DNA of 64,000 nt from Glaucostegus cemiculus. Taxonomy: Eukaryota. The notes under the pieces are model-generated. The model searched no databases. It was not told the origin of the DNA and saw only the letters and a list, made by a program, of their open reading frames with translations. Positions 22,172 through 34,240 of this stretch are shown here, piece by piece. Position 1 is the stretch's first letter. Each line of letters begins with the position of its first letter. The DNA lies in contig CDPCPM010000248.1 of the NCBI GenBank assembly GCA_976551045.1, forward strand, positions 3,100,001 through 3,164,000, written 5' to 3'. The position numbers and the translations under genes are program-made.

Positions 22172-22541
22172 GTAAAAAGTAGAGCCTATACTGAGTATGC
22201 ATCAATTCTGGGAAATTGTAAGTGTTTAAGTGTTACCACGTGAATATTTAATACAATTATCATTGGTGTGAGGCAAAAGAATTCTAGTTCATACATGCAC
22301 ATCTGAATTGGATGTAAATTCCATCATGTTTACTTTTAAAAGCTGTCCTTCTGCTCTGAAGGTTTTTGTATTGAAAGCTTGACGCTAATATTGGATGCCA
22401 GAAATTAGTAGTGACATCAGTAACAGTGGTTTCATCTTCTTAATGTTAAATTTGACTCTTTTTTTTACCCTACAGAGTGTAGTTGTGCAGATCCCATTTG
22501 TCTATTTTGTAATAAGAAAAGCATACCAATAATGGGTGTTC

Positions 22542-22680
22542 AGAATGAGAATTAGGTTTATTATCACTGACATATGTTGTGAAATTTATTGTTTTGTGGC
22601 AGTGCAAGACTTAAAAATTACTATAAGTTACCCAAAAATAAATAAATAGTGCAAAAGAGGAATAACAAGAAACAGTCATC
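22542..22680 (-). mobile_element. Rex1/Babar-type 3' tail fragment
   Basis: AGAATTAGGTTTATTATCACTGACATATGTTGTGAAATTT...AAATAAATAAATAGTGCAAAAGAGGAATAA is the approximate reverse complement of 41780-41910. Confidence 0.8.
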
Positions 22681-23851
22681 AGACCATCCAGGCAAACTAT
22701 GTAAAGCATAACCGGGGAAACGTCAAAGGCATGTATGAAGAGAACTGCAATTATCATGGAATATTTTAATCTGAATATTGATTGGACAAACCAAATGAGC
22801 AAAGGTATCATAGAAGAAGAAATGGTCAAGTCCACTGAAAACAGTTCCTATCTGCTAACAATGCACAAAGGTGAAAGAACAGTGGATCCACTATAACCAC
22901 AGCTTTAAATTCACTGAAAAATTCCTGGCATTATTTTTCACTGATGCACCAGTAAACTACTTGTTTGATTTGCAAATGCTTAGACACACTGATTAAAGAC
23001 ATAAAAGCTACAGAGATTTTCTTTGCAAGTTAAGTATTGGAAAACTATAGTAAATAGAATTCTGTTCTCTTTTAGGAACGATGTACAGTTGACAGAAACA
23101 TATTGTTATGCTTGCACGTGACATTAGTCTGGTAATTTATTCAATCAGAGCAAGTTAAAAGGGAGGAGCGTCTCAAACATCGATACCAAATGACCGAGCA
23201 CTGGTGAAACTCACGGGACAGTACGTAACAATTGCTAGAACAGACAAGGGCAAGTGCATCAGCTTAACAAGTAAGTTTAATTGGTGCATATTATTAAAAA
23301 GCACTGATGGAGCATTTTTTTCACAGGACACTTCTATTTGTAACTAGCTATGTCCTGATTGTCAGGACTTAATGAATGTGCTGTAGTTTGCAATTGCTGA
23401 TTAGCATTTCAGAACTTCCCAGGAATGCTCAAGTTGTGGAAGACTTCAGCAGGTTTATCTTCTGAAGGCAAAATGGATTGGCTAAGGGCATTTGTCTTCT
23501 AAATAGACCAGGTTAGACTGTAATATTTAATAGGATTCCTGCATGGATCAAAGAGCATTCAATATTTCTGCTAAAACTTAATATTTGTAAACTTTAAGGA
23601 TGCAAACTTCCTCTGATTAGAATTTGCTTTGTATAAACCCAACTCCCTTCCCTGCTACTTCACAACAGAGAAGGAGATCGTTTGGCCCATTGAGCCTATG
23701 CCAGCACCACAGAGTCATCCTATTCACCCACCAACTTTCCCTGCATCCTATTCTCTTTACATTCTCATGAATTCAGGTAATATCATTTTTTTTTCTCTCT
23801 CTTATTGCACAGAGTAGTGAAATGGCAGTTGGGGCAGTGGTATGTTCCTCT

Positions 23852-24062
23852 TGTCAGATGTGGGAAGTCAGAGAGACCCCCAGTGTCCCGGATAACTAGA
23901 CCTGTGAGATGTGGGAAGTCAGAGAGACCCCCAGTGACCTGGATAACTAGACCTGTGAGATGTGGGAAGTCAGAGAGACCCCCAGTGACCTGGATAACTA
24001 GACCTGTGAGATGTGGGAAGTCAGAGAGATCCCCAGTGACCTGGATAACTAGACCTGTGAGA
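23852..24062 (+). repeat. 51-bp minisatellite, 4 copies plus a partial
   Basis: Unit TGTGAGATGTGGGAAGTCAGAGAGACCCCCAGTGACCTGGATAACTAGACC starts at 23852, 23903, 23954 and 24005. Confidence 0.97.
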
Positions 24063-24134
24063 AGTGCATCCAGCTGCAACTCCTTACTGATGGGAGAATC
24101 AAGGGTTGTTGGGGTCAGGAAAGTGGAGCTGAGC

Positions 24135-24267
24135 ATAATAGACAATAGACAATAGAAGCAGAAGTAGACCATTCGGCCCTTCGACTCTGCTCCGCCATTT
24201 TGAGATCACGGCTGATCCTCAACACTCAATATCCCTTTCCTGCCTTGTCCCCATATCCCTTGATTAA
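24135..24267 (-). mobile_element. CR1 3' UTR nested antisense in the preceding CR1
   Basis: (GACAATA)n tail, AGAAGTAGACCATTCGGCCCTTCGA, and CCTTGTCCCCATATCCCTTGAT as in 15910-16020. Confidence 0.85.
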
Positions 24268-24549
24268 TGATCCCACTGAATCGTGGAGTGGGCTCGAGGA
24301 GTACAATAGACCACTTCTGCCGTTATTTCTTTTACTTGTGTTTTTATTTACGAAATCTAACCAACAGCTCTCACTTCACTGGCTGTAACCACCCAAGGAT
24401 ATACAGCCATCTGGGTCAAGAAGCTCAAAGGGCAGTTAATTCCAAAGGTTCACAGCCAGCTAAGAGAAAAAAAAAATCTTTCTCGCCTAAATGTACAGCC
24501 TTTTATACAATTTAATTCATTTTTGGATCTGGGCATGTTGTCGGTAACA

Positions 24550-25550
24550 AGCTCTGCAGCTACTGTATGCCGATGGCGGAGGAAGATAAAGTTTAGGATG
24601 GTGGATGGGGAGTCAGTTAGATGGGCTGTCCTGCCCGGGATGGTGTCAAGCTTTGTGAGTTGTTGTTGCTGCTTCACTCATTAAGGCAAATGGAGACTAT
24701 TCCCTCGTGCTCCTGAACTTGCCTTGTAAATCATGGAAAAGGCTTTGAGTTGTCAGGAGGAGAACCAGTCACTGGAGGATACAGAGTCCCTGACTCCTGG
24801 AATCAGTGTCTTGTGGCTGGTCTTGTTGAGTTTCTGGTCATTGGTGCCCCCAAGGTATTAAGGTGAAGGCATCAGGAATGATAATACCTCTGAATATTCA
24901 GGGAAGGTGGTTAGCTTCTCACTTTTTTGAGAGGATCATTTCCTGGCACTTTTGTGGTGTGTATGTTGCTTGCCACTTATCAGCCTATGCCTGAATGTCG
25001 TCTGGGTCTCGCTGCACGCAGGCAGGAACTGCTGCATATTGCTGAGGACTTGCAAAAGTAACATTGTGTTGTCATCAGCAAACATTTTCAATTCTCACCT
25101 TGTGATGGAAGGAAGGTCATTGATGAAGCAGCTAAAATTGGTTGAGCCTAGGACACAGCTCTGAAGAAAACCTACAGCATTGTCCTGAGGTTTAGGTGAA
25201 GGACCTCTGACAATCACAACCATTTTCCTAGGTCTCTGACTACTGGAGTGTTTTCTCTTTGATGCCCCTTCTGTTTTACCTTAATGCCACACGTGGTCAA
25301 ATGCTGCCTTGTTGTGAAGGAGAGTCACCCTCAACTCGCCTCTAAAATTCAACTCTTTGGTCCATGTTTGGACCCAGCCTCTGAGGTGTGGAGCTGAGTG
25401 GTCCCAGTGAAGCCCAAATTGAGCATCAGTAAGCAGGTCACCTGTGACCAAGCTCTGGCACTGACAGCTTCCACCATTTTGTAAATGAATGAGAACTGAC
25501 TGATCAGGAGGTAATTAGCCAGTTTGGATCTGTCCTGCTTTTTATGAAAC
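24550..25550 (-). mobile_element. Old LINE of the broader CR1/L2 group (clade not resolved)
   Basis: Minus peptide LTKLDTIPGRTAHLTDSPSTILNFIFLRHRHTVAA is a LINE thumb-region pattern. The same family occurs at 48135-49665. Confidence 0.7.
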
Positions 25551-26948
25551 TACTATGCTTCCTGGTTTTTGAATCCCATTCAGGAGAAACATCCTGACAG
25601 AGCATCCACCCTGCCCAAGATTCCTCATAATCAGATGTGGTTCAATAAGATCAGCTCTCATTCTTCTAAAGTCCAGAGCATATAGTATATTTACCCATTC
25701 CATTACTTCTTAATGCAATGTCAGAATGCATGTCATTCCTAACTAACCAAATCCACCCCCCATACACACACACACACACACACCTCCATCCTCAACATTT
25801 CCCCAGTTTTCACTCCCATATTCCAGGAAGCCTGTGGGGCCTTTGCATGACTACATGCAAGGGCTTTTAATGCAAGTGTCATTGTCTGATGACTCAGTTT
25901 GGACTCTTCTGGCATTTTAAACTACAGTTGTAGTTAGTGTTGACTTTGCCAGTAACACCAAACAGGCCCTTCAAAAAGATACTGGAGTTTTGTTTGCAAT
26001 ACTTTATGTCATCTAAGAAGGGCAGGAATGCTTCTCCAGATCCAGTACAATATTGGGCATTTCCTGCTCTAGGCTTCAGCGACATATTCGACAGGTCTGC
26101 CTGTAATCCTTTCCCCTCAGTACACTTATCTAACTGCAAGAGACTATTTCAATCAGTCCCAAGTATAGCCTTCAGCAATGCTTATCTGCACAAGTGAGTC
26201 ATCCTTGCATCATTCGCTGATGTGGTGAGAATTGGGGCCTGATGTTAAAATTGAGTCCTGTCCTTGCACAGCCCACAGATTTGCCTCTTGATTCTGATTC
26301 AGATTGGAGCTTTTTTTAATTGTTCTAGGTTAGTCCTTAAATACTTTTGCTGGTTCTCTCAGTTCATTGTAGGCTAGCAGTGCACCAACCCCTTGCCACT
26401 TCACTGGTCAGCCTTTAGAGGGACTGCAAAGCTGCCTGTAATTTCTGTCTGACTGATACCCTACCAGTTCTGCATGGCACATAATTATCTACTGAGTGTT
26501 TTGGGGATAATTTACATTTCAAAATGATGGATTGGTGTCTTTGTTCTCTTTTCCCCAAACCTGCAAGCTATCTTCTTCAATAAAGATTTCTCTTAAATAT
26601 TTATCTCTTCCAAATCCCACGTAAGAATTCTTGCGGTTCTACTTTCACCTTCCTTTGTAAAACAGAGGCCAAACACTTACTAATGTCCTTGACTCACGAC
26701 TGCAAGATGGCTCATTTCCTCCTGAAATTTCTTCATCCACATTATGTTCCTTTAATGTTCTGTGTCTTCATCACCTTAACCCCTGCATTATTATTAACAA
26801 TTTATTTATAGTCTTCTTCTGTGGTATCTTTCACTAGATTTTCCTATTAAAATCTTATAAAGTTCCATCTGCGTTATCTATGGTAATTCTTGTTTTCTTG
26901 TCAGAATGTATATTTTTTGCATTTAAATATATCCCACTGCTAATCTTC

Positions 26949-27337
26949 AGGATGAGAGGGGACTTGATAGAGGTGTTTAAGATATTGAGAGGAATAGATA
27001 GAGTTAATAGTCAGCGCCTCTTTCCCAGAGCGCAGATGCTCAAGACGAGAGGGCATGCCTTTAAGATAATTGGTGGAAAGTATAAGAGAGATGTCAGAGA
27101 GAAGTTTTTCACCTAGAGAGTGGTTGGTGCATGGAATGCACTGCCTGGGGTGGTGGTGGAGGCAGATACGTTGGACAGGTTTAAGAGATTGTTAGATAAG
27201 CACATGGAAGAATGTGGAATAGTAGGATATGAGGGTGGAAAGAGTTAGTTTGGGAGATGTTTGTAGGATGGCACAGCTTGATGGGCCGAAGGGCCTGTTC
27301 TGTGCTGTATTGTTCTATGTTCTATGTTTGTTCTATG
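26949..27337 (+). mobile_element. CR1 (HER1-like) 3' end, young
   Basis: Near-identical to 4015-4390 (MRGDLIEVFKILRGIDRVNSQRLFP); (TTCTATG)n tail. Confidence 0.96.
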
Positions 27338-27494
27338 TTAATCTGTTATTTGACCTCAATAATGGAAAATGATGGAACACACTTAGTATTCTTAAATTTA
27401 TTGCTGATGATGGAACTGATGTTAAATATATGTTTGTAATCAGAGTTTTGTATGCAGGGACTTGTATTGTGAATTGTAACAAAATAATAAGTGC

Positions 27495-27620
27495 TGCTCA
27501 GCAGGTCAGACAGCAGCTGTAGAAAGACAAACTGAGTTAGTGTTTCACCTCGAAGCCATTCATCAGATTGTCCGGAATATTCTGTTTTTATTTCAGATTT
27601 CTAGCACCTGCATTCTTTTA
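27495..27620. mobile_element. Penelope terminal repeat halves in opposite orientation
   Basis: Minus-sense CTCAGCAGGTCAGACAGCAGCTGT...TTCATCAGA joined to plus-sense TTCTGTTTTTATTTCAGATTTCTAGCACCTGCA. Confidence 0.6.
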
Positions 27621-27932
27621 CCACCTAGTACACAGAAAAACAACAACCAAATGTATTTTCATTTACTCACGTGGGAAACTCTGTTCTAATGATGCTGAAG
27701 AAGAAATTTGATTTTGCAATCAAAATATTAAATGCATATTTAACCTTGACATGATTTTAACTTTCTTAGGTTTGACATAAGATGTAAACTGCCTTCAGCA
27801 TAAAATTGGACTTCCATTTTGTCACCTAAGTATGGTTATGGCATTGCTAGCAGGTCAGTTTCAATCATTACATTTGATAATGATGAATATTAATAATGGA
27901 ATACAAAATTTCTTAACTGCATTTTTAATCCA

Positions 27933-28172
27933 GGGGAGGCACGATAGCGTAGCGGTTAGCGCGATGCTGTTACAGCGCCAGCGATTGGGGTTCGATTCCC
28001 GTCGCTGACTGCAAGGAGTTTGTACGTTCTCCCGTGTCTGCGTGGGTTTTCTCCGGGTGCTCCGGTTTCCTCCCACATTCTAAAAGGCGTACGGGTAGGT
28101 TAATTTGGGGGTTTAAAATGGGCGGCGCGGACTTGTTGGGCCAAAAGGGCCCGTTACCACCCTGTAAATAAA
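27933..28172 (+). mobile_element. Full-length HE1-like V-SINE with CR1 tail
   Basis: Near-identical to 17762-18005; CpG-rich, consistent with a young copy. Confidence 0.95.
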
Positions 28173-28694
28173 GATTTTTAAAAGAGATAAAAATCCCATC
28201 AATCTTTGTGAATACTGTGCCTATACTGGAACTTTTCAAATCTATTGCTATCCTTGTCTTGCCTCTAGTTATCTACTAAACAATGGCTATGGGAAAACTA
28301 CAAATACAATCCATCTTCAGGTTATAACCAGGTCTATAATTTTTTTTGTATCATATATATTTTATTTGATAATGTGCTGCATCTTCCATACTTTGATATA
28401 TTTACCCAACATTACACTGAAAAGAATTAATGTAGAATTTATAAAAAAGAGTAACATGATAAGAAGCAAAAGGAACATTTCTTTCAACTTTTCCCAATCG
28501 CAATATTAAATCAACAAACCCTTTTTGGAAAAATAAATCTGAATAAATATCTAATTTGTTATACATTGAGTTGCCCACAGTAAATTAAGTAGCTAAATAG
28601 GTACAAATAAATAAATATAATATCTTTTTAACCTCTTGAATTCAATTGGCTGTTAAAAGTTGTGGGTAATAGTTACCTTTTAACTTCTGTCTTG

Positions 28695-28965
28695 ATGCAG
28701 CTGACAACAAATTGATTGATGCTCCATTTCTGCTTAACTCCATGTTAAATGTCATTGTAACTTGATTTCCATTTGAAAAGCATTCTGCCAATGTTGCTTG
28801 TAATTAGGAGCAAAATAGATTCCAACAGAATAACTTTTCTTATCCTTCATTGATATACCAGGGTCACCCTGTAGTTCCCTGAGCTCAATGTATCACATCA
28901 CCATTAGAGCACAGACAGGTTTAATCCACTGGGAAACTTTAATTACAGCCTGCAATTAGCCAGTG
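28695..28965. promoter_or_regulatory. Candidate developmental enhancer (motif cluster in repeat-free DNA)
   Basis: CAGCTGACA (28698-28706), TGATTGAT (28713-28720), TAATTA (28801, 28940), TTAATCC (28921). Motif evidence only. Confidence 0.3.
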
Positions 28966-30230
28966 GTCCTCTTGGCAAAACTGGAAATCTTATTTTGAAC
29001 TTGTATCAGCTTTTGTGGCTATACTTTCCATCCAAAATGCATTATATTGAAATGCAAATAAACCTAAATCTGGTGCTTTCATGTAAACTATTTGGAAATG
29101 TTCGATGAGAAACTGTGATTTTACTCACAGTGAAGATAAAACATTTGGTTTAAATTAAGGCCTTAGCAGTCATCTAAAACAATGTGTTTATGTTGCATCT
29201 TCTATATCCTTACAATGCACCAAAGTATTTTACAAGCAATAGTTTACTTTGAAATGCAGATGTGTCTTTATTATATAAGCAACACCAGAAATAATGTTGC
29301 AGGGCTACACTGAGGTTTCAGTTCAATTATACTCTCGTCTATAAAAAGACTCAATTCCATAGCTTCAGATTTGTAGTATACATAGATGACAGCATTTTAG
29401 AATGCCAGGTCTGTGATTAATATGCATATGGGATCCTCAGCAAATTAATTCAAGATGCAACATTTGCAAAACAAAACCATGAGGCAACTGGATAAAGGGT
29501 ATGTTACAATTGTTGATGATTGGATATTACTGATGATATTAGGCTTAGAATTATATCATGGATCACCAGCGTATGAAGACTAATGACTATTCTTCTGAAA
29601 AAAATCCAAATTTCTGCAAAACAAAATCTCCTGAATACATCCCTGAAGAATTAAGCTCTGATTTTTAATATTATACTTCCCTTCCATAGATTTGTCCAGC
29701 CAAGAAAATTGTTTTCTGCATTCATTGTTTTGAATTCCTTCATCATTGTAAGTGCCTCAAATAGATAAATTCACAGCCTTCAAACCTCAAGAGATACAAC
29801 CCAAGTTTTTTTTATATATAATTAGTTCTAGATTCCCTGCAAAGTTAATATATTGTCCCTGAAAGATGACGTCTAAAACTGAGAGTTGTATTCCAGATGG
29901 AATCTGACCAAACCTATGTCAATCTGAAACACAACTCTTCATTGATCTACATGATGAAAAACTGAGATTTCAAAATGGATGGGAATTGACTGCAAGCGCA
30001 GTTGAAATTTGTGATCTTTGACAAATGAAATGATGGATAAAAACCAGCTGTTGCAGAATCCAAGACTGTTAAAGTTTGTGATCTTTGATATTGCAGCCTC
30101 CTGGACTTAACAACAAATTCTCTAACTAAAGATAACTCATTTTCTCTATCCACACTAGAGTTGGTCATTTCTGTTGTAAGTCATCCATCTGTGATATTGG
30201 CTTAGTTTTTGCTGTCTCCATCAGTACAGC

Positions 30231-30383
30231 CTTACCTGCTGGGCATGTCCCACCACCCTGCTTACCTGCTGGGCATGTCCCACCACCCTGCTTACCTGCT
30301 GGGCATGTCCCACCACCCTGCTTACCTGCTGGGCATGTCCCACCACCCTGCTTACCTGCTGGGCATGTCCCACCACCCTGCTT
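30231..30383 (+). repeat. Perfect 30-bp minisatellite, 5 copies
   Basis: Unit CTTACCTGCTGGGCATGTCCCACCACCCTG repeated identically at 30231, 30261, 30291, 30321 and 30351. Confidence 0.98.
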
Positions 30384-32984
30384 TGGCAACAAATAACACA
30401 GACAAAGAAGCATCATCACCCTCTAAATGTCCCTGTTAACCCACCTGATTTGATGACTCTTCCCCACAGTAACCCTGGTCTCATCTTTCAGAGATTTCCT
30501 TTGTCCAATCCATCCATTTTGTCACCTGCTCTGCAACTTTAAGGTGCATTTTTAAATCTCTCTTTCCAGTTCCGATAATGTCTTCAATCTGAAATAATAA
30601 CCCTGCTTTTCTTTCCTGCTCAGTGTCTCTAGCAGTTTCTATTTTTGTTTCAGAATAGATCACCGGGGAGCATCGAATACATTGGCTTCATCTCCTGGGC
30701 AGCATTCATACACAATCCCTTGTATGCATATTAATGACCACAAAAATTACAATCAGATTAGTGAGAGATCATCGAGCTTTCACAAATCCAGGAGAGCCTC
30801 CTATTCCATTTGGACTTGTTCACGTTTCAGACAGCAAGTTGATGAGAAATAACGTGTGACCAAGGACATTCCTCAGGAGACTCCAGAAGTATCAGTACCA
30901 ATGACCCGTGGTAGGGGCTTCCCTACCTGCAGCTCAATGGGGAAAATTGGAGCCTGGGGCATGAGGAGTGATGAGAGAGGCCAGATCAGATCTCTTGTTC
31001 GGGGAGGATGGGGTGAACTTGGGGAGTAACTTGGGTAATGGGAAAGGAAGGATATGACAGGGGCAGCAGAAATGGTTCTTACTGACAAGGATGTCCAAAC
31101 AACCCCCACCCTTTATATAGGAAGTAATGGTTAAGGTGCCAAAGGCTCTAAGAAGAGGGCTGGTTGTAGTTTTATTTCAGAATAAATTACAGTAAGGAAC
31201 AATTTTGCCAGAGAAGATTTGGAGCTAAAAGTTTTATGCTCTGGTCACGTGTGACAAAAGAAGGTTAAGTTACCTGTGCACCAAATCAATGCAACTTGGA
31301 CTTAGGGGAACATAAACTGGGTCATCACCAGATGTGCAGATATTTGGGGAAGTAAAGACATATGCTGGGACTTGATTCAGTCTTTCATGAGTGTGAAAAT
31401 TGGAAAGCAAAGGTATCTGAAAAGTTCAAAGAGCTCAACAAAAAGCTTGCTAACAGTAAAAGTCAATGCTTACATATTTTGCAGGTTTGAAAAGAAATCA
31501 GTGGGAGAGAGACCTATTTATATCTAAATCAAATAGCGACCACGAAAAAGTCACTTGCAGATTAAGCAATGGTATTTTAATTGAAGTCTTTTGAAAGGGT
31601 TGGAGTAAAGAGAAAAGCATGGCACAGAGACTACACTGTACTCTTGAAGATAGTCTGCTGCCAGGACAAAATGATGGAATGAAAGCCTCATCTATATGAA
31701 GACAACAAGGATTTCAAACAAATTAACTTAGGCAGTAAGCCTGCACCATATTCCAGTATGGATTAGCATTGTACAGGCAACCTTCTTCAGGAAGCCTATC
31801 AGGGTGGCCTGTTATAATGAAGGAAAAACTTTCACACTGGTGCTGAAGGTGATGCTCTTCCACATCTGGACCTGAGAAACAAGATGAGGTGCATTTAACC
31901 ATGATAAAGGTAATGTGTGTATTAAAGCTACAAAATCACAACAGTGGATAAATGTTCTGGTTGCAGTCTTGAAATCCTCACATTACTTTCTGAAGTTCAT
32001 GTTAATCAATGGTACTTCTGAATACTAATCTTTCTGAAACAGGTAATATATTAATATGATATCTAAGAAATTAAAAATGAGGAATGAGAGATGAAAGGAC
32101 TAATTTGTGTAATGTAACTTGAAAGTTGATAAATTCTGTAAATGTAAGATTTTTGCACTGGTTTTAAAGGACCATGTTTTACATGGCAAATTAAGTAACC
32201 AACTTATCTGGATCCATTAGGATAATTAAGACTCTAATAATCTCCTGGCCCCTGAACCTTCAATCATTTCTGAATGCATGTTGATCCCTGATCCCAAGAT
32301 TCCATGCCCCACATGGTCAATAATACCTTGGACCTAAGTCACATCTGAAATTTGATGTGGCAGACCGATGATTAATGTAATCATCAGTGCCCTGCATCTG
32401 TGCTATTCCCGTTCACTGTAAAGGGTGTAATAGTAGATCTAAGTATCTATATTTAACAGATGGAAAAAAAATGTAATTGCTGCACCTTTTAAAATGGCAG
32501 TGTTCTTTTAAGCTTCATTTTTTTTTAAAGACCATGGCCAAACAATTATTTTTTGGATCCAGCTTCTGATATAAGAATATCGACAAAAACACTGCCCTTA
32601 GGATTAACTTCTAAATGACTTCTGTTCTACATGTCTACCAGATTGGTTTGTCTCAGCATTACTTTTGGAATGATTGAAAACTAAATGTCAGTCCAAGCAT
32701 AAATATTAGGTGTTCTGCATCACCATGGACAGATATCAAAGACATCTTAACAGCTGTCACAGATACTTCATCAACCACTGACCTTGAGCAGAATGCTTTT
32801 TCTTTCCACTGGAGAAAGCGAAGGTGATGGAGCTGGACATTCTGTTAGAGCTGCATGTCTCTTTTGGCAGTGAGCAGTGGAAGTAGTGCCAAGTATTTCA
32901 TTTAAAGAGTAAGACTGGAGCTTTATGGATCTCTTGTTAGTTGGTGGAAGGTAATTGAAATCAGGCATTGTTATTACTTGTAAT

Positions 32985-33275
32985 AAAGCTGGAAATACTA
33001 GAAACACACAGGACAGGTAGCATCAGTAAAGAGAAAAATGAAGTTACTTATCTCAGACCATTCTTCAGCTCTGGGGGACTCTGTTCATTGCAGCTTCCGA
33101 GCAAGTGCAAAGATGAGGAGAATGGGGTCAGGGAAAGAATGAAGTTATAGTTTATTGACCGGAAAGAAAGAAGATTCGTGATTAAATGAGAAAGAGAATG
33201 GTTGTGCAAGGTGAAACAGTGTGGGGAGGGGGGGGGGGGAGAGAAATGAAGAACCAGAACAGTGAGAGGAGGTAT
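32985..33275 (-). mobile_element. Penelope-like terminal repeat and purine-rich 3' region, degenerate
   Basis: AAAGCTGGAAATACTAGAAACACACAGGACAGGTAGCATCAGT...CCATTCTTCAG resembles the other pLTR copies. Confidence 0.55.
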
Positions 33276-33279
33276 AGAT

Positions 33280-33639
33280 TAGAACCATAGAACCATAGAA
33301 CAATACAGCACAAAACAGGCCCTTCGGCCCACCAAGTTGTGCCGTCCTTCAAACGTCTCACAATCTAACTCTTTCCTCCCACATATCCTACTATTCCACA
33401 TTCTTCCATGTGCCTATCTAACAATCTCTTGAACCTGTCCAACGTATCTGCCTCCACTACCACCCCAGGCAGCGCATTCCATGCGCCAACCACTCTCTGG
33501 GTGAAAAACTTCCCTCTGACATCTCCCCTAAACTTTCCACCCAATATCTTAAAGCCATGCCCTCTCGTCTTGTGCACCTGTGCTCTGGGAAAGAGGTGCT
33601 GGCTGTCAACTCTATCTATTCCTCTCAATATCTTATACA
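33280..33639 (-). mobile_element. CR1 (HER1-like) 3' end, young
   Basis: ORF 33365-33640 (YKILRGIDRVDSQHLFP...WNALP); (TTCTATGG)n tail. Confidence 0.96.
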
Positions 33640-34240
33640 CAGATTATCACACCACAATAGCAGAAGTGGGGAGAATGAGCTTAAGTGGATGCTTGATGGT
33701 TGCCACGTATTTAGTAGGGTGAAGGACCTTTTTTCTGATACATGATCCTGTACTCTTGCAGTCTGCTATGACCCAGGAATATGGCAGAAGAAAGCTGGGT
33801 GTACTCAAAGGGTGTATGCTGAAAGGGGAGAGGAAGAATTCTTTATTGGTGGCATCAAGCTCCAGAGGAAGACCCGTTGAGTATGGAGGCCAAAGGGGTG
33901 GGTGGTTAGGGCAAGGTGAAGTGGCCCCGAGAGGAGGAGATCAGGTGAAGATGACAGTGCAGGACACCTGGTAGATGCAGGAAACGTCCCTGCCAACCAC
34001 AGTTGGTGAAGTCCTCTGTCAGGCAAAGATAAGATGTATTAAAAACAGCTGTGTTGTAGGTGGAACTGACAAACCAGATTGAATAGAGACTGATAATCTA
34101 TAAGAGGTAACATAGGAAGCAAGGTGAGAAGAAGAATAAACAAAGCAGCAGGAATATTTGCTTGCCTTGTAATAGATTTTGTTGTGTGGTCTCAGAAATG
34201 AAAATTGTGTGGTCAGGCATATTCTGCTCAACTCAGACTG
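33640..34240 (-). mobile_element. Possible highly decayed Penelope ORF N-terminal region
   Basis: Pyrimidine-rich minus strand with peptide remnants (YSSSHLASY..., NKEFFL) reminiscent of vertebrate PLE N-termini; collinear with the 3' piece at 32985. Confidence 0.3.

Larger units (their letters stand above)
23822..24331 (+). mobile_element. Internally deleted CR1: ORF1 zinc-finger start fused to the ORF2 end/3' UTR
   Basis: The frame from 23822 with the repeat collapsed reads MAVGAVVCSSCQMWEVRETPSVPDN*TCEKCIQLQLLTD. It is followed directly by GAATCAAGGGTT...AAAGTGGAGCTGAG and, after a nested insert, TGATCCCACTGAATCGTGGAGTGGGCTCGAGG. Confidence 0.7.

Noticed and set aside
23852-24062. CRISPR-like array or repeat protein (ORFs 23783-24172 and 23805-24155)
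   Set aside because: Units are contiguous with no unique spacers, the context is eukaryotic, and the unit derives from CR1 ORF1.
25894-26139. 81-aa minus-strand ORF after an acceptor-like TCTCTTGCAG
   Set aside because: No recognisable domain; length is within chance expectation for 64 kb.
30165-30439. Repeat-protein ORFs (GGGTCPAGKQ)n and (HHPAYLLGMS)n
   Set aside because: These arise from a stop-free 30-bp unit. There is no synonymous variation between copies and no gene context.
32782-32931. 150-bp minus-strand exon candidate ending AAG|GTCAGT
   Set aside because: Weak acceptor, unrecognised peptide and no linked exons.
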